Position numbers and translations under genes: made by a program. A stretch of DNA of 64,000 bases, from the IMG/VR virus record IMGVR_UViG_3300020465_001196; one strand, written 5' to 3'. Positions within the stretch are counted from its first letter, which is position 1, and each line of letters starts with the position of its first letter. This DNA is from a virus (taxonomy: Duplodnaviria; Caudoviricetes). Below, piece by piece: positions 19,102-29,277 of the stretch. The notes below the pieces were generated by a model. That model did not search any database. It was not told the DNA's origin and saw nothing but the letters and a program-made list of their open reading frames with translations.

Positions 19102-21004
19102 TTCTAAGTACCTCTATTTCGGCTTCAAGCCTACTAATTTTATCATTTACTATATTTAGTTCTTGTTGATGCTGTGCTATAGGATCATTGCCCGTATATG
19201 CTGTTAGTGTAACATCTTGGTATATTGATCTACCGTAAGCATCTAATATGGTATCTTCTGCATACCAATCTGGATTATCTGGAATTTTTCTTGAATCATA
19301 AAACTGTTGATTTGTATATTCTGACATATCTGGTTGTTCTTCAATCATTGCTTGTTGTGTTACTAGCGATACAACTTTTAATTTTTGATCAATAGTTTTT
19401 AATTTTGATTCTAACTTTTTAATAATTCTATCAACTTTTTTAGCTATTTCACTAACTTCAGATTCTATACTATCGGTATCAACACTTGTATCTGCACCAT
19501 CTTGTTCATCAGCGGATGCTTCCTCGTTACCGTCCTCCACTGACTCTTCCTCATTACCAGTGGACTCTTCTTGTTCAGTTGTTTCACCCTCTTCATTTTC
19601 GCTAGACTCGGTTTCACTCTCTGTGCTTTCAGTTTCCGTTTCTGACGGTTCAGACTCTGTTGATGTTTCAGTACTAGGTTCATTTTCAGTTGGTTCCGTT
19701 TCTGTAGTTGGTTCTGATTCTGTTTCAACTGTTTCTTCACTAGTATTTACTGTTTCTGTTTCTGTTGTAGGTTCTTCTTCTACTACTGAACTTTCTTCAA
19801 CTGGTGCTTCTTCTTCAACTGTTGGTTCTTCTACAGTAGGTTCTGATTCTGTAGGAGTTGAAAATTCTTCTGTTATCATTTCTGTTACTGATTCAAAAAA
19901 CTGTTCTTCTGTAATACCTTCTTCAACTAATGCTTCTTCAAACGTTTCTTGTAAACCTTCTTCTTCAAGTAATGCTGTAAAGTTTTCTTCAAATGATTCT
20001 TGAAATGCTTGTTCTTCAATCTCTACTGTAGGTTCTTCTATTGTAGGTTCCACTACTTCAACTGTGGGTTCTTCAATAGCAATTTCTTCAACACCTTCCA
20101 CTATTTCTTCTACAGGAATGTTTTCAATAATGTTTTCCACTTCTTCAATGGTTTCTTCTGCTTCTTCAATTTCTTCCTGTGTTTCTTCTGATATAGGTGG
20201 TGTTGGTGAATAGTCTATATCTGCCAGCGTCATTTCCAATGCCGCACCTATTAAATTTGGTCCTTGTAGGCTACTAGTGTTACTTGAATTATTGCCATCT
20301 GTACCTGTCCATTGCCAGTCAAAGTTTCTAGAACCTTCTCCTGTGTAGGTCACTGTGTCTTCGTGTATGGCTGTGTTATTATAGTAACCAGCGTCTGTGT
20401 TCCTCTGTTGTTCCACTGTGGCTAACACATTACCACTGGCATCTTTGATCTGTACTCTTACTGTGAATGTGTCTCTTGAGCCAGCAGATGATCCACATCT
20501 ATAACTTGATCCTGTCCATTCACAGTTCTGCGTTTCTGTTGTTGACTTTAGTGTGACACCACCATCTAGCATATCTGCTGTGGTTGTAGTTGTTCCACCG
20601 TTTTGTTTTGTTACTGTGATGTTTTCTAGTGATCCTGAATCACCTACTGTTATGTTACCATTTGCTTCTATATCATTAGTACCAGTGGCACCCCATTCTT
20701 TACCTGTACCTGATCTTACATCAAACCCTTGATTGGTTGTGTCACCTTGTCCGAAACCACTTGAACTGCCTTGACCTGTACAACCTGCACCTGCAGGTCC
20801 ATTACCACTTGCTCTGACGTTTGTACAGGCTTGGTTGCCTGTGTTAGGTAGCAAGTTATCTGATGTGGCTGTTTCCGCATAAACGTCTGTGTTTTGCACA
20901 AAGGCTTGAATAGCCATCAGTGCTAATACAAAGTACAAGGATCTGAGCCAAGTGCTCATTTTATTTCCCTGAAGTGTTAAATTCTTCTTCTTCAACCTCT
21001 TCAA
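19088..21004 (-). CDS. Secreted protein with Gly/Thr-rich domain, long Glu/Thr low-complexity linker and coiled coil
   Basis: Signal-like MSTWLRSLYFVLALMAIQA (likely start 20959), repeated EPTVE units and a C-terminal heptad region. Confidence 0.75.
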   Translation of the reverse strand: MKRLKKKNLTLQGNKMSTWLRSLYFVLALMAIQAFVQNTDVYAETATSDNLLPNTGNQACTNVRASGNGPAGAGCTGQGSSSGFGQGDTTNQGFDVRSGTGKEWGATGTNDIEANGNITVGDSGSLENITVTKQNGGTTTTTADMLDGGVTLKSTTETQNCEWTGSSYRCGSSAGSRDTFTVRVQIKDASGNVLATVEQQRNTDAGYYNNTAIHEDTVTYTGEGSRNFDWQWTGTDGNNSSNTSSLQGPNLIGAALEMTLADIDYSPTPPISEETQEEIEEAEETIEEVENIIENIPVEEIVEGVEEIAIEEPTVEVVEPTIEEPTVEIEEQAFQESFEENFTALLEEEGLQETFEEALVEEGITEEQFFESVTEMITEEFSTPTESEPTVEEPTVEEEAPVEESSVVEEEPTTETETVNTSEETVETESEPTTETEPTENEPSTETSTESEPSETETESTESETESSENEEGETTEQEESTGNEEESVEDGNEEASADEQDGADTSVDTDSIESEVSEIAKKVDRIIKKLESKLKTIDQKLKVVSLVTQQAMIEEQPDMSEYTNQQFYDSRKIPDNPDWYAEDTILDAYGRSIYQDVTLTAYTGNDPIAQHQQELNIVNDKISRLEAEIEVLRNERN

Positions 21005-22025
21005 CTATTACTGGCTTTGGTAAAGGAATAATAATTGCTTCTTCTGGTCCATTGTTATTGTTAGCTGGTTCTTCTGGAATTGGAGTTTCTTCTGCTTTAA
21101 GATTTGTAGTCATGCTTTCATGTACATTTATTGATGTACTTTGTTTCTTTTCTTCAAATCCTTCAACAGGTTCTAATTTTTCAACTTTTACTGGTTCTGG
21201 CAACAATGATTCTGCTTCTTCTGCCTTTGCTTTAGCTTCTTCAAGTTCTTTCATTGCTTCTTCTGCCAATCTTAATTTTTCTTCAGCTTCTTTAAGTAAT
21301 TTTGCTTGAGTCTTTTGTAGTTTCTTAATATCTTTTTCAAGATTTTTGTTTTCTTTAACAACTTGTTTGATATTAGTTTTTAATGACTCGTTTTCTTCAA
21401 GTATACCGTCGTCTTTCATAATACGTTCATCAATTTTTAAACGATCATCCATTTTTTCAACATACTTGTCGTAATCTGGTCTTTCAATATCGTACTTGTC
21501 CCATTGTGCTTTTGCGTCTTTACCAATTTTACCTTCAAATGGACATGGTGTACCTGCTTGTTCCATTGCTTCAAATACACGTGGATCTTGACAGAGTATA
21601 GCAACTGCGGCAACTTTCATACCATAGTCGTTCAATAGTTTTGAAAGTTTCATACGTTCACAATTCATATCTCTTGCTGTACCGCCACCTGATAAACCTA
21701 CGCCAGGCAATTGTACACCACCTGATCTACCAACTGCACAAACATCTTGCGAATAAGCACTCATACTTGGAGCGCCTGCACTTGGAACTGGTATTGTTGA
21801 TTTGTTGTTTGTTGTATTAGTTGTGTCGTTGTTAGTTGTAGTGTTGCTTGACGAACCCGATGAATATGTTGTTGTACTTTCAGACGCATAACCACCTGAA
21901 ATAGTAGTGTTTGACCCTGACGTATTTGTTTGTGTATTTGTAGTTGCTCCTGAGTTTGTAACATCAGCCAATGCTGGAGCCACACCCAAGAGTACCATTA
22001 CTGCAATAATTTTTAATAATTTCAT
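20961..22025 (-). CDS. Secreted Cys-containing conserved phage protein with coiled-coil tail
   Basis: Signal peptide MKLLKIIAVMVLLGVAPALA, Thr/Ser-rich segment, C..GG...DMNCER...LCQD....AGTPCP domain. Confidence 0.75.
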   Translation of the reverse strand: MKLLKIIAVMVLLGVAPALADVTNSGATTNTQTNTSGSNTTISGGYASESTTTYSSGSSSNTTTNNDTTNTTNNKSTIPVPSAGAPSMSAYSQDVCAVGRSGGVQLPGVGLSGGGTARDMNCERMKLSKLLNDYGMKVAAVAILCQDPRVFEAMEQAGTPCPFEGKIGKDAKAQWDKYDIERPDYDKYVEKMDDRLKIDERIMKDDGILEENESLKTNIKQVVKENKNLEKDIKKLQKTQAKLLKEAEEKLRLAEEAMKELEEAKAKAEEAESLLPEPVKVEKLEPVEGFEEKKQSTSINVHESMTTNLKAEETPIPEEPANNNNGPEEAIIIPLPKPVIVEEVEEEEFNTSGK

Positions 22026-22123
22026 GAACTAGTTCTACCTTATTCTCTGCTACTATTATTTACAAATTTTTTGCAAAAAATTAAGTATGTACTTTATAAG
22101 GTAAAAACTAAAATGTGCACCAA

Positions 22124-24742
22124 CTATTCTCTAAAATCTTCTTCTTTATAGTCTGTGAAGCTCATATAATTTTCTACTTTATCATATATTCTTGTTTCAC
22201 AAGTATGACACCAAAAACCAGGGTTTGATGGTAAATCAATACAAACAACATCCTTGTTACAATTATCACATTTCATAATAGTAAGTGGACTAATGCTCTC
22301 TGCCATTTTAAATAGTGTGCTGTGGTTATTTCTGTATGGTTTAATATATTCTAATTTTTCTGCAAGTTCTGGAAAATCAGAATGTACATATTCTACACCT
22401 TTATCTTTTTGTATATATGAAAGTAATTCAGCTGAATCTTCTTCAGTTGGCTCATAGTAGTTTACATTATTACCACTAATTTTTCCTATATCTGTTTTTA
22501 AAGCATCGTCTATTGAAATAGAATACTGCTGAACGTTGCTGTCATTAAATATATGGCCACCATTACATACTATAACATCAGTATACCCTAACTTTTTTAA
22601 TAATTGTAGTGTACTTTTTATGTTTGATGTTGCTACTATATTTTTAATATTTTGCTCTTGTGCATTTTGTAATGATGCTATTGAAAACCAATCAGTTATT
22701 TTTGTATGAACTTTGTTAAATGCTTTATTCCACACAACATAACAAGTGGTATTATTTCTTTCATAGTTAAAAATTCTTTTTGTTTTTTGAAACTCTAGTT
22801 CTATTGTCCATCTTACTAACAATGACTTCCTACTAACTCCCATTGTTGGCTTATGCCAAGAGTTATTATTTGATTGCATTATGTAACCTTGATTTGGTAA
22901 AAACTTTTTATGATACAATGTTTCACCACTATTACTTACAAATTGTGTTCCGTAATTTTCAATACTATTATCTTGTGGCAAGTATATTTGTAATGTAAAT
23001 GTTGATAACGTAAATTTTTGATCAGAATGAATGTTATCAATTTGATGAGGATACTCTGTATGAAACGTTATTGATTGGGGCATACATTTTAAAATTTGAG
23101 ATGGGTCTTTTTTATAACCAAATATTTTTAATATTTCTCTTTTCATTATATCTGTATTAAAATATTTCCACATATTACCATAAAAGTTATCATCTTCATG
23201 TTTTTCAAACTGATCAAACGTAATTATGGAAGGTTCAACTCCATCGATTGGATATTCTTTTTTAGTCCATTCATGTGCATCAATTACATCTTGTGCTATT
23301 TTTTTATAATCATCGTCATTAAAAAAATTAGACAAATGAAATGCTGAAACTTTTCCCGTTGTTTCATTTATTGGTTTGAGGTTTTCTAATTTACAATCTA
23401 AATAGGCAAACTGATCACCGTAAGGTGCCCATGTTACACTTTTTATTGCTTTTTGGTATTGCTCTAAGGTTGTTTTTGTTTGATGTTTTTTAATATATTC
23501 TAATTTAGGAAAATCATCAATATTATTTGAATTATATAAACAACTAGAAACTATTTTGTCTTCATCAACTTCTGGATGATAATAGTTTCTTGGTAACCAC
23601 ATATCTTCTATACTAATATGCCTTCCAATAAACCTTTCAAAAAATCCACCATCGCCATGTGCATCATCAATATCAAGTTCATCTAATTTATCTAAATTAA
23701 TAATTACACATTGCCTTAAAAATTGATCTTCATCAGGTAATCCTGCTATAACTTTATCTTTCATATCTAAATTTACAGCATATTCATATACTTCTTTATT
23801 TTTCCATTCAAATCCTCCAAAGAATATAAATGCTTTTTTGAATCCATATGAATATTTGAATATTTTTAAAGCATACAAATCCCATTTAAATGGTTTGTTT
23901 ATTACTGATATATTTTCAAATCCTAAATCTATACAATTATGAAACGTCATATTAGCAAACCAATCAGTAATTTTTAAAAAGACTTCCATGTCTTTATTCC
24001 ATATTATACAACAAGTATCGTTTTGTCTGTTTCTATTAAAAACTAATGGTTGGTTTTCATTTTCATAAAATTCATGGCCGTCAACCCATCCATATTGATC
24101 TGTTTTGTATACGTCAAATGGAACACTATATCTAACTACTATTGATTTTCTAAAAACACCATTTATTGATTTATGCCAAGCATTATTATTTGACAGCATT
24201 AGGTATCCACTATTTGGAATAAAGTCTGTTTTGTAAATTTTTTCATTTTTACTATTATAGAACTGTGTTCCGTATTCTTTAATAGAATCATCATCTGGAA
24301 GATATATTTGTAATGTTACTGTAAAAAGATTATTTTTTTGATCACTGTGTATATTATCTGACTGATGTGAATAATCAGTATGCAAAGTAGTTGTTGGCAT
24401 AACAAAGTTTACTAATTTTTCAGCTTCTTGATCAGTAAATTTTAATGTTGTTAAAACTGTTTTAATTGTGTTGTGGGTTTTAAAAAATTTAATTAGCTCA
24501 TAATAAAAATGTTTACTATCTATTACATCTGTACGTATATCATTTAAAGATATAACAGTTGGCTCTTTTCCATCATGTGGAGAATCTTTTTCTTCGTACT
24601 CCTTAAAAGTTTCAGTTTCTTTAGATAACTTATTATAGTGTTCTTGTGTAAAAAAATTATCAAGTGTATGTAAGTCAACTGTACTTTTTAAAGTTTCGTT
24701 GTACTGGCCGTTTTTTATTTTTTCTAAAAGGTACTCAAACAT
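22124..24742 (-). CDS. Protein with tandemly duplicated 2OG-Fe(II) oxygenase modules
   Basis: Two copies of IHSDQK..TLQIYLP..GTQF..SNNN.WH..RKS, each followed by a WNK..KITDWF domain; C-terminal CDNC/CHTC. Confidence 0.8.
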   Translation of the reverse strand: MFEYLLEKIKNGQYNETLKSTVDLHTLDNFFTQEHYNKLSKETETFKEYEEKDSPHDGKEPTVISLNDIRTDVIDSKHFYYELIKFFKTHNTIKTVLTTLKFTDQEAEKLVNFVMPTTTLHTDYSHQSDNIHSDQKNNLFTVTLQIYLPDDDSIKEYGTQFYNSKNEKIYKTDFIPNSGYLMLSNNNAWHKSINGVFRKSIVVRYSVPFDVYKTDQYGWVDGHEFYENENQPLVFNRNRQNDTCCIIWNKDMEVFLKITDWFANMTFHNCIDLGFENISVINKPFKWDLYALKIFKYSYGFKKAFIFFGGFEWKNKEVYEYAVNLDMKDKVIAGLPDEDQFLRQCVIINLDKLDELDIDDAHGDGGFFERFIGRHISIEDMWLPRNYYHPEVDEDKIVSSCLYNSNNIDDFPKLEYIKKHQTKTTLEQYQKAIKSVTWAPYGDQFAYLDCKLENLKPINETTGKVSAFHLSNFFNDDDYKKIAQDVIDAHEWTKKEYPIDGVEPSIITFDQFEKHEDDNFYGNMWKYFNTDIMKREILKIFGYKKDPSQILKCMPQSITFHTEYPHQIDNIHSDQKFTLSTFTLQIYLPQDNSIENYGTQFVSNSGETLYHKKFLPNQGYIMQSNNNSWHKPTMGVSRKSLLVRWTIELEFQKTKRIFNYERNNTTCYVVWNKAFNKVHTKITDWFSIASLQNAQEQNIKNIVATSNIKSTLQLLKKLGYTDVIVCNGGHIFNDSNVQQYSISIDDALKTDIGKISGNNVNYYEPTEEDSAELLSYIQKDKGVEYVHSDFPELAEKLEYIKPYRNNHSTLFKMAESISPLTIMKCDNCNKDVVCIDLPSNPGFWCHTCETRIYDKVENYMSFTDYKEEDFRE

Positions 24743-24802
24743 TGTTCTTCCTTATTATCTTATTATATATATACTTATCAGATAAATCAACGAAAGAATT
24801 TT

Positions 24803-24877
24803 TGGCGACCCCTAGGAGAATCGAACTCCTCTTTTCAGGATGAAAACCTGATGTCCTAACCGATAGACGAAGGGGTC
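24803..24877 (-). tRNA. tRNA-Glu(TTC)
   Basis: Acceptor stem GACCCCT/AGGGGTC, anticodon arm TCAGG-TTTTCAT-CCTGA, GTTCGATTC and encoded CCA; 75 nt. Confidence 0.95.
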
Positions 24878-24883
24878 AAAACC

Positions 24884-25105
24884 TTATTTGGATTGATATT
24901 TTATATCAATCTTTGCTTGACCGTATGCATAAAATATCATTCCTACTAGAAATATAAATCCAATAGCAACAATATGTGAGTATGCTTCGTTTTCTAATTG
25001 GCCGCCTACAAACTTACCAATTTCAACTCCAGCCCAACCAAAACCAATTACTGCTATTAAAAACAATAATGCTTGGCCAAAATGTTTTACAAAGTGTTTC
25101 AACAT
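24884..25105 (-). CDS. Small two-TM membrane protein
   Basis: 73-aa hydrophobic ORF with GAGAGG SD. Confidence 0.6.
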   Translation of the reverse strand: MLKHFVKHFGQALLFLIAVIGFGWAGVEIGKFVGGQLENEAYSHIVAIGFIFLVGMIFYAYGQAKIDIKYQSK

Positions 25106-25168
25106 ATAACCTCTCTTGTTAAATTGTTAATATGTCATTATAATAACACGATACTATATATTGTCAAG

Positions 25169-26386
25169 TTATTTTTTTGAATTAATTATGTCTTCTAGTC
25201 CAGGAGCAATATCAAGGATATTTTGCTTACGTGTTTTGTCTAAATGTTCAGTATATTCAATAAATTTATCTGTATGTTGCGACCAATCTTCGTCCATCAT
25301 ATAATTTATTAAGCCTTGTACTTTTGGCTTGTCTATGTATTTTTGCAAGTCTTCTGCAACACATTCCTTTAAGTGTAATGGTAACACTCTAACATTTAAG
25401 TAATCTGGATGATCAAGTATGTTTAAATATGGAAAATAATTATACTGTTCCAAATACTTAAACAAATCAGATATATCAAGAATATTATATATTTGTACAG
25501 TAGTATGAACTTGTACTCTCATTTTACCTTCTTTTTCCATTTCATAAAATGCTGATAAGTTTTTGTGTACTGATTTCCAATTTGTTGGATATCTAATATA
25601 TCTGTTTAGTTCATCATATCCATCTATAGATGCGTTGATCTTAATCTTTTTAAAGTGTTTCCAATATTCAATCATCTTTGGTGGAATATTAGTTAAGTTG
25701 GTATTGTACTTTAAAATAATATCTTTTGCTTTGTCTAATTCAATACAACGATCAAACAATTTATATTGTTCAAGTGCAAGTGTTGGCTCACCACCTGTTA
25801 AGTATATTTCCTCTACACTATTAATAATTGGCATTAAATTTTCCCAAGTCTTTTCATTAGTGGGCCAATTCATATGTTTTAATCTTGTACGTTCTTCTTC
25901 TGGTATATCTGTTCCATCATATGATGTTGTTGTATTCCATTCTTCTGTCCATTGATTACTTGCCCATGGATTACACATTCTACATTTTAAATTACATAAA
26001 TTACCTAAACGCAAATCAACATAACCTACAGTTAAAGGAGCATTACCTTCTTTGTCTGTGTTAGAAAGTGCACCTTCTATAAAATGTGAATATGCTTCAT
26101 TAAAACTTTGTCTTGCTGATTTAATATCACTTGCTTCTTCTCTCCAACAACGTTGACACATCGTTGGCTTTTCTTCATTTAGTAACTGCAATCTTAAATC
26201 CTTATATGTTTCTGAATTCCACATTTCTTTTACATCAGAATTATAAATTTTATAAGGAGCACCAGTTTTATCTAAAATAAAATTTTTGCCAGGGGTTGAA
26301 TTACAACATACTCTATAATTTCCACTAGAATTGGTTGCTAAATGCATCCATGGTAATATACAAAATGTTTTAGACTCTTTCTTCAT
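25169..26386 (-). CDS. Radical SAM protein with N-terminal twitch/SPASM domain
   Basis: FCILPWMHL..G.YRVCC, CQRC, CNLKCRMC, TGGEP and YNTN. Confidence 0.92.
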   Translation of the reverse strand: MKKESKTFCILPWMHLATNSSGNYRVCCNSTPGKNFILDKTGAPYKIYNSDVKEMWNSETYKDLRLQLLNEEKPTMCQRCWREEASDIKSARQSFNEAYSHFIEGALSNTDKEGNAPLTVGYVDLRLGNLCNLKCRMCNPWASNQWTEEWNTTTSYDGTDIPEEERTRLKHMNWPTNEKTWENLMPIINSVEEIYLTGGEPTLALEQYKLFDRCIELDKAKDIILKYNTNLTNIPPKMIEYWKHFKKIKINASIDGYDELNRYIRYPTNWKSVHKNLSAFYEMEKEGKMRVQVHTTVQIYNILDISDLFKYLEQYNYFPYLNILDHPDYLNVRVLPLHLKECVAEDLQKYIDKPKVQGLINYMMDEDWSQHTDKFIEYTEHLDKTRKQNILDIAPGLEDIINSKK

Positions 26387-27671
26387 TTACTTCCTCGAAT
26401 AGTTCTGCTAACTGCGGAACAATTTTTTTAATATCTGTTTTTCGTAAACTATCAACATCACGTGTAAACTGAACAAATTCTTTTATACGTTGCTTATTAT
26501 ATGTATCATTGCTTTGTAAATTCTTCATAATATTGCCAAATCCTATATCCCCTTGACTAAAAACTCCTTCATTTGGATTTCTATCTTGTGGCCAATATTC
26601 ACCTTGTGGCAACTCAGCATCTTTCATTATTTCATATGCTTTTAATTTTAATCTATTAGGTAATATTTGAAAATTTAAATGTGGTGGATTAACAACAACA
26701 TTTTTAAAATAAATTTCATTTGTTGGTTTACGTATTTTTAAATACCATTTCCATATATCTGATAAATTAAAAATATTATATATTTGTACTGTTACTGTAT
26801 AAATTATAACCGTGTTTGGTAATCTATTAAATTCAAGTATGTTATTTTCTAATTGTTCTATAGTGAAGTTATCTCCTCCACGTATATATTGATACAACTC
26901 TCCTGTTCCTTCTAAACTAATATGCAACTTAACTAATTTAAAATGTTTAGCAATATTCATTAATCTTTCATTCATATATGTTCCGTTAGTATTAATATCA
27001 AGCATAACATTTTTTGCAATATCCCATTCAATAAATTGTTCCATTAATTGATAATTTTGTTCTTCCATTAATGGCTCACCACCTGTTAATTTTAAAAATT
27101 GCAAATCTTTAAAATATTCTCTTTTTTCTAAAACATTTTTAATTACTTCAAAATCAACTTTTGAATATTTTCCAGTTTTACGTTCAGGCATCCAACTAGG
27201 GGTTATTTTTGCTAACTGAATTTCTTCTTTTACCCAACTACTAGAAACTTGTCCATTGCACATCCTACATTTTAAATTACATTTGTTAGATGAGTTAATT
27301 TCTAAATACCAAATATTTGGTTTATCAAATGGATTATATGTTGCTGTTTTTAAAAGTTCAGATGGTATATTTCTATAAAAGTATTGACGTCTTGAACTTC
27401 CTACTGTTTCTTCTTTTTTAATACAACTAGCACATATTTCTTTATGTGGTAATCCTGCTGTCCATGACTTACGTAAAGATTGTGCTCTAGGAGAATCCCA
27501 TAACTCTGTTAAAGTTTTTTCATATATACTTCCATATGGAGAAAATGATACAGCATCAGCATATACTAAACCATCCCATTCGATAGTTAGACTATGCCAA
27601 GGTGCTACACATTTTTTAGTGATTGTTTTGTGCCAATCCCAATCACGTTTTTTCCATTCTTGATTGTCCAT
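26370..27671 (-). CDS. Radical SAM protein with degenerate N-terminal twitch domain
   Basis: CVAPW..DG.VYADA (CC lost), CASC, CNLKCRMC, TGGEP and INTN. Confidence 0.92.
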   Translation of the reverse strand: MDNQEWKKRDWDWHKTITKKCVAPWHSLTIEWDGLVYADAVSFSPYGSIYEKTLTELWDSPRAQSLRKSWTAGLPHKEICASCIKKEETVGSSRRQYFYRNIPSELLKTATYNPFDKPNIWYLEINSSNKCNLKCRMCNGQVSSSWVKEEIQLAKITPSWMPERKTGKYSKVDFEVIKNVLEKREYFKDLQFLKLTGGEPLMEEQNYQLMEQFIEWDIAKNVMLDINTNGTYMNERLMNIAKHFKLVKLHISLEGTGELYQYIRGGDNFTIEQLENNILEFNRLPNTVIIYTVTVQIYNIFNLSDIWKWYLKIRKPTNEIYFKNVVVNPPHLNFQILPNRLKLKAYEIMKDAELPQGEYWPQDRNPNEGVFSQGDIGFGNIMKNLQSNDTYNKQRIKEFVQFTRDVDSLRKTDIKKIVPQLAELFEEVNEERV

Positions 27672-28714
27672 TAGAAATAATTTTCCTGCTCTCCTTTACG
27701 TCTTACATCTGCTGTTAAACAATGTACTCCGCCATCCCAAAAATATTGGTGTCTAAATTTCCAATATATAGGTGTTACTCCATGCTGTTCTAGTTTTGCA
27801 AATACTTCTTTATCTGTTCCTGTGCAAATAACTTTATCTTCTGATACACTTAACATATTAACATCGAATACAGTTTCATCAACATAGCCAATCCAATGTG
27901 ATAACCATTTTTCAATATAATCTTTATAAAAATGTTCTTTACGTGTTTGTTTAAAATCTTCAGGAAATTTTGTTCCTGATTCTGTTATAATACAATCCCA
28001 AGATTTTAACTTTTCTGGTATCCATGCTTTTTTCCAAGTAACAAGTAAACCTGGTTTAATTAATGCTACTTTACCATCAGCATGACCACCAACTGGTATT
28101 TCATTAAACGTAAATTCAGGTAATTGTCTTTTATACCATTTTAGTCCTTGTTCTGTACCTTTGCCTTTTATAGGATCTTTTTGATTTGATTGTGAATAAA
28201 ATATATCTTTACCACACTTTATTAAATTAGCATTATGAAAAAGTATTTCGCCTTGATTATAATAATCTTCATATGTTTTTTGATTAAGATTTGGCTTAGG
28301 CATTGATATCCATTCCGCCCCTTTATTATGATACTCTTTTAATATATGTGATGTGTTCCAATTTTCAAAATACCTTGTTCTATCTTTTGTGTATGCTTCT
28401 ATAATTTTATTACCATAAAATCCTAATATATCTCTTGGCTGTAAAGGTTGGTTTGCATATTCAATATCAAATTCACCCATATCATACTTTGCAAGTGGAT
28501 CTTGCATTACTTTAGGACGTTGTACTACTACACCTTCTTTTTGTAATATATCAACAAGTACTTCTAAATCTTCTGCTGTTTCTGTAAACACTCTTTTTAA
28601 AAGATCTTTAGCTTCTTGGTTAAAATCACTTTTATCAAAACAATCAGGTGCGTATGTATTACCTACTATAACTTCTTCTAATTGTTGAAACTCTGAATAT
28701 GCTTTTACTATCAT
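27671..28714 (-). CDS. Arginine-dependent amidinotransferase (glycine/inosamine-phosphate amidinotransferase family)
   Basis: SEFQQLEEVIVG start, QPRD, HADG (His/Asp) and C-terminal DGGVHCLT (catalytic Cys) of the pentein fold. Confidence 0.88.
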   Translation of the reverse strand: MIVKAYSEFQQLEEVIVGNTYAPDCFDKSDFNQEAKDLLKRVFTETAEDLEVLVDILQKEGVVVQRPKVMQDPLAKYDMGEFDIEYANQPLQPRDILGFYGNKIIEAYTKDRTRYFENWNTSHILKEYHNKGAEWISMPKPNLNQKTYEDYYNQGEILFHNANLIKCGKDIFYSQSNQKDPIKGKGTEQGLKWYKRQLPEFTFNEIPVGGHADGKVALIKPGLLVTWKKAWIPEKLKSWDCIITESGTKFPEDFKQTRKEHFYKDYIEKWLSHWIGYVDETVFDVNMLSVSEDKVICTGTDKEVFAKLEQHGVTPIYWKFRHQYFWDGGVHCLTADVRRKGEQENYF

Positions 28715-29277
28715 TTTTCAAATTCCTCACTATCATATTTGCTGTCTTTGTATCTTCTTTTTACAATAGCATCATAATATTTTTTATCCCAATTATCATA
28801 ATACTTTGTGTTCCTATGAATCCACTCTGACTTTTCATTTAAATCTGCAAGTCCTTGTATTTGTATAATTGCTAAACCTTTATTACCAGATCCTAATCCA
28901 GGAATAAGTTTATCTGTATTTTTTTCAACTCCTACAGAACCTTGTTTTTCTTCTGATTTATAAGATGTATAAATGTATAAATCATTAGCAACTGCTGTTG
29001 GTTGATTTTCATTTTCCCATTCTTCTAATTGTTCTAATGAATAATCGTTAGGGTCACCTATACACAATACCAATTGTTTTTCTTCTGGATAATTTTCAAT
29101 AGTTTCATCTGCAATTTTAAACATATCTTTTTTAACCCATTTAACTTCAACTTCATTACGTTTGAATCCCATTTTTGCAAATGGACATATAGCCATACCG
29201 TCTAATTCTTTACGTGGCTTTGTAACGTGGTCTTTCATTTCTTCCCACTTTTTATGTAGATCAGATTGTTCCGCCAT
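28711..29277 (-). CDS. Hypothetical protein (DUF1415-like CPFA motif)
   Basis: ICPFAK motif; coupled to the amidinotransferase gene. Confidence 0.55.
   Translation of the reverse strand: MAEQSDLHKKWEEMKDHVTKPRKELDGMAICPFAKMGFKRNEVEVKWVKKDMFKIADETIENYPEEKQLVLCIGDPNDYSLEQLEEWENENQPTAVANDLYIYTSYKSEEKQGSVGVEKNTDKLIPGLGSGNKGLAIIQIQGLADLNEKSEWIHRNTKYYDNWDKKYYDAIVKRRYKDSKYDSEEFEK

Noticed and set aside
19560-20003. Ser/Val-rich plus-strand ORF
   Set aside because: It is the reverse complement of the Glu/Thr low-complexity linker.
27671-28714. Archaeosine (dG+) synthesis role for the amidinotransferase, given queD
   Set aside because: Known G+ enzymes are ArcS, QueF-like and GAT-QueC, not the pentein family, and folE, queE, queC and dpdA are not in this window.
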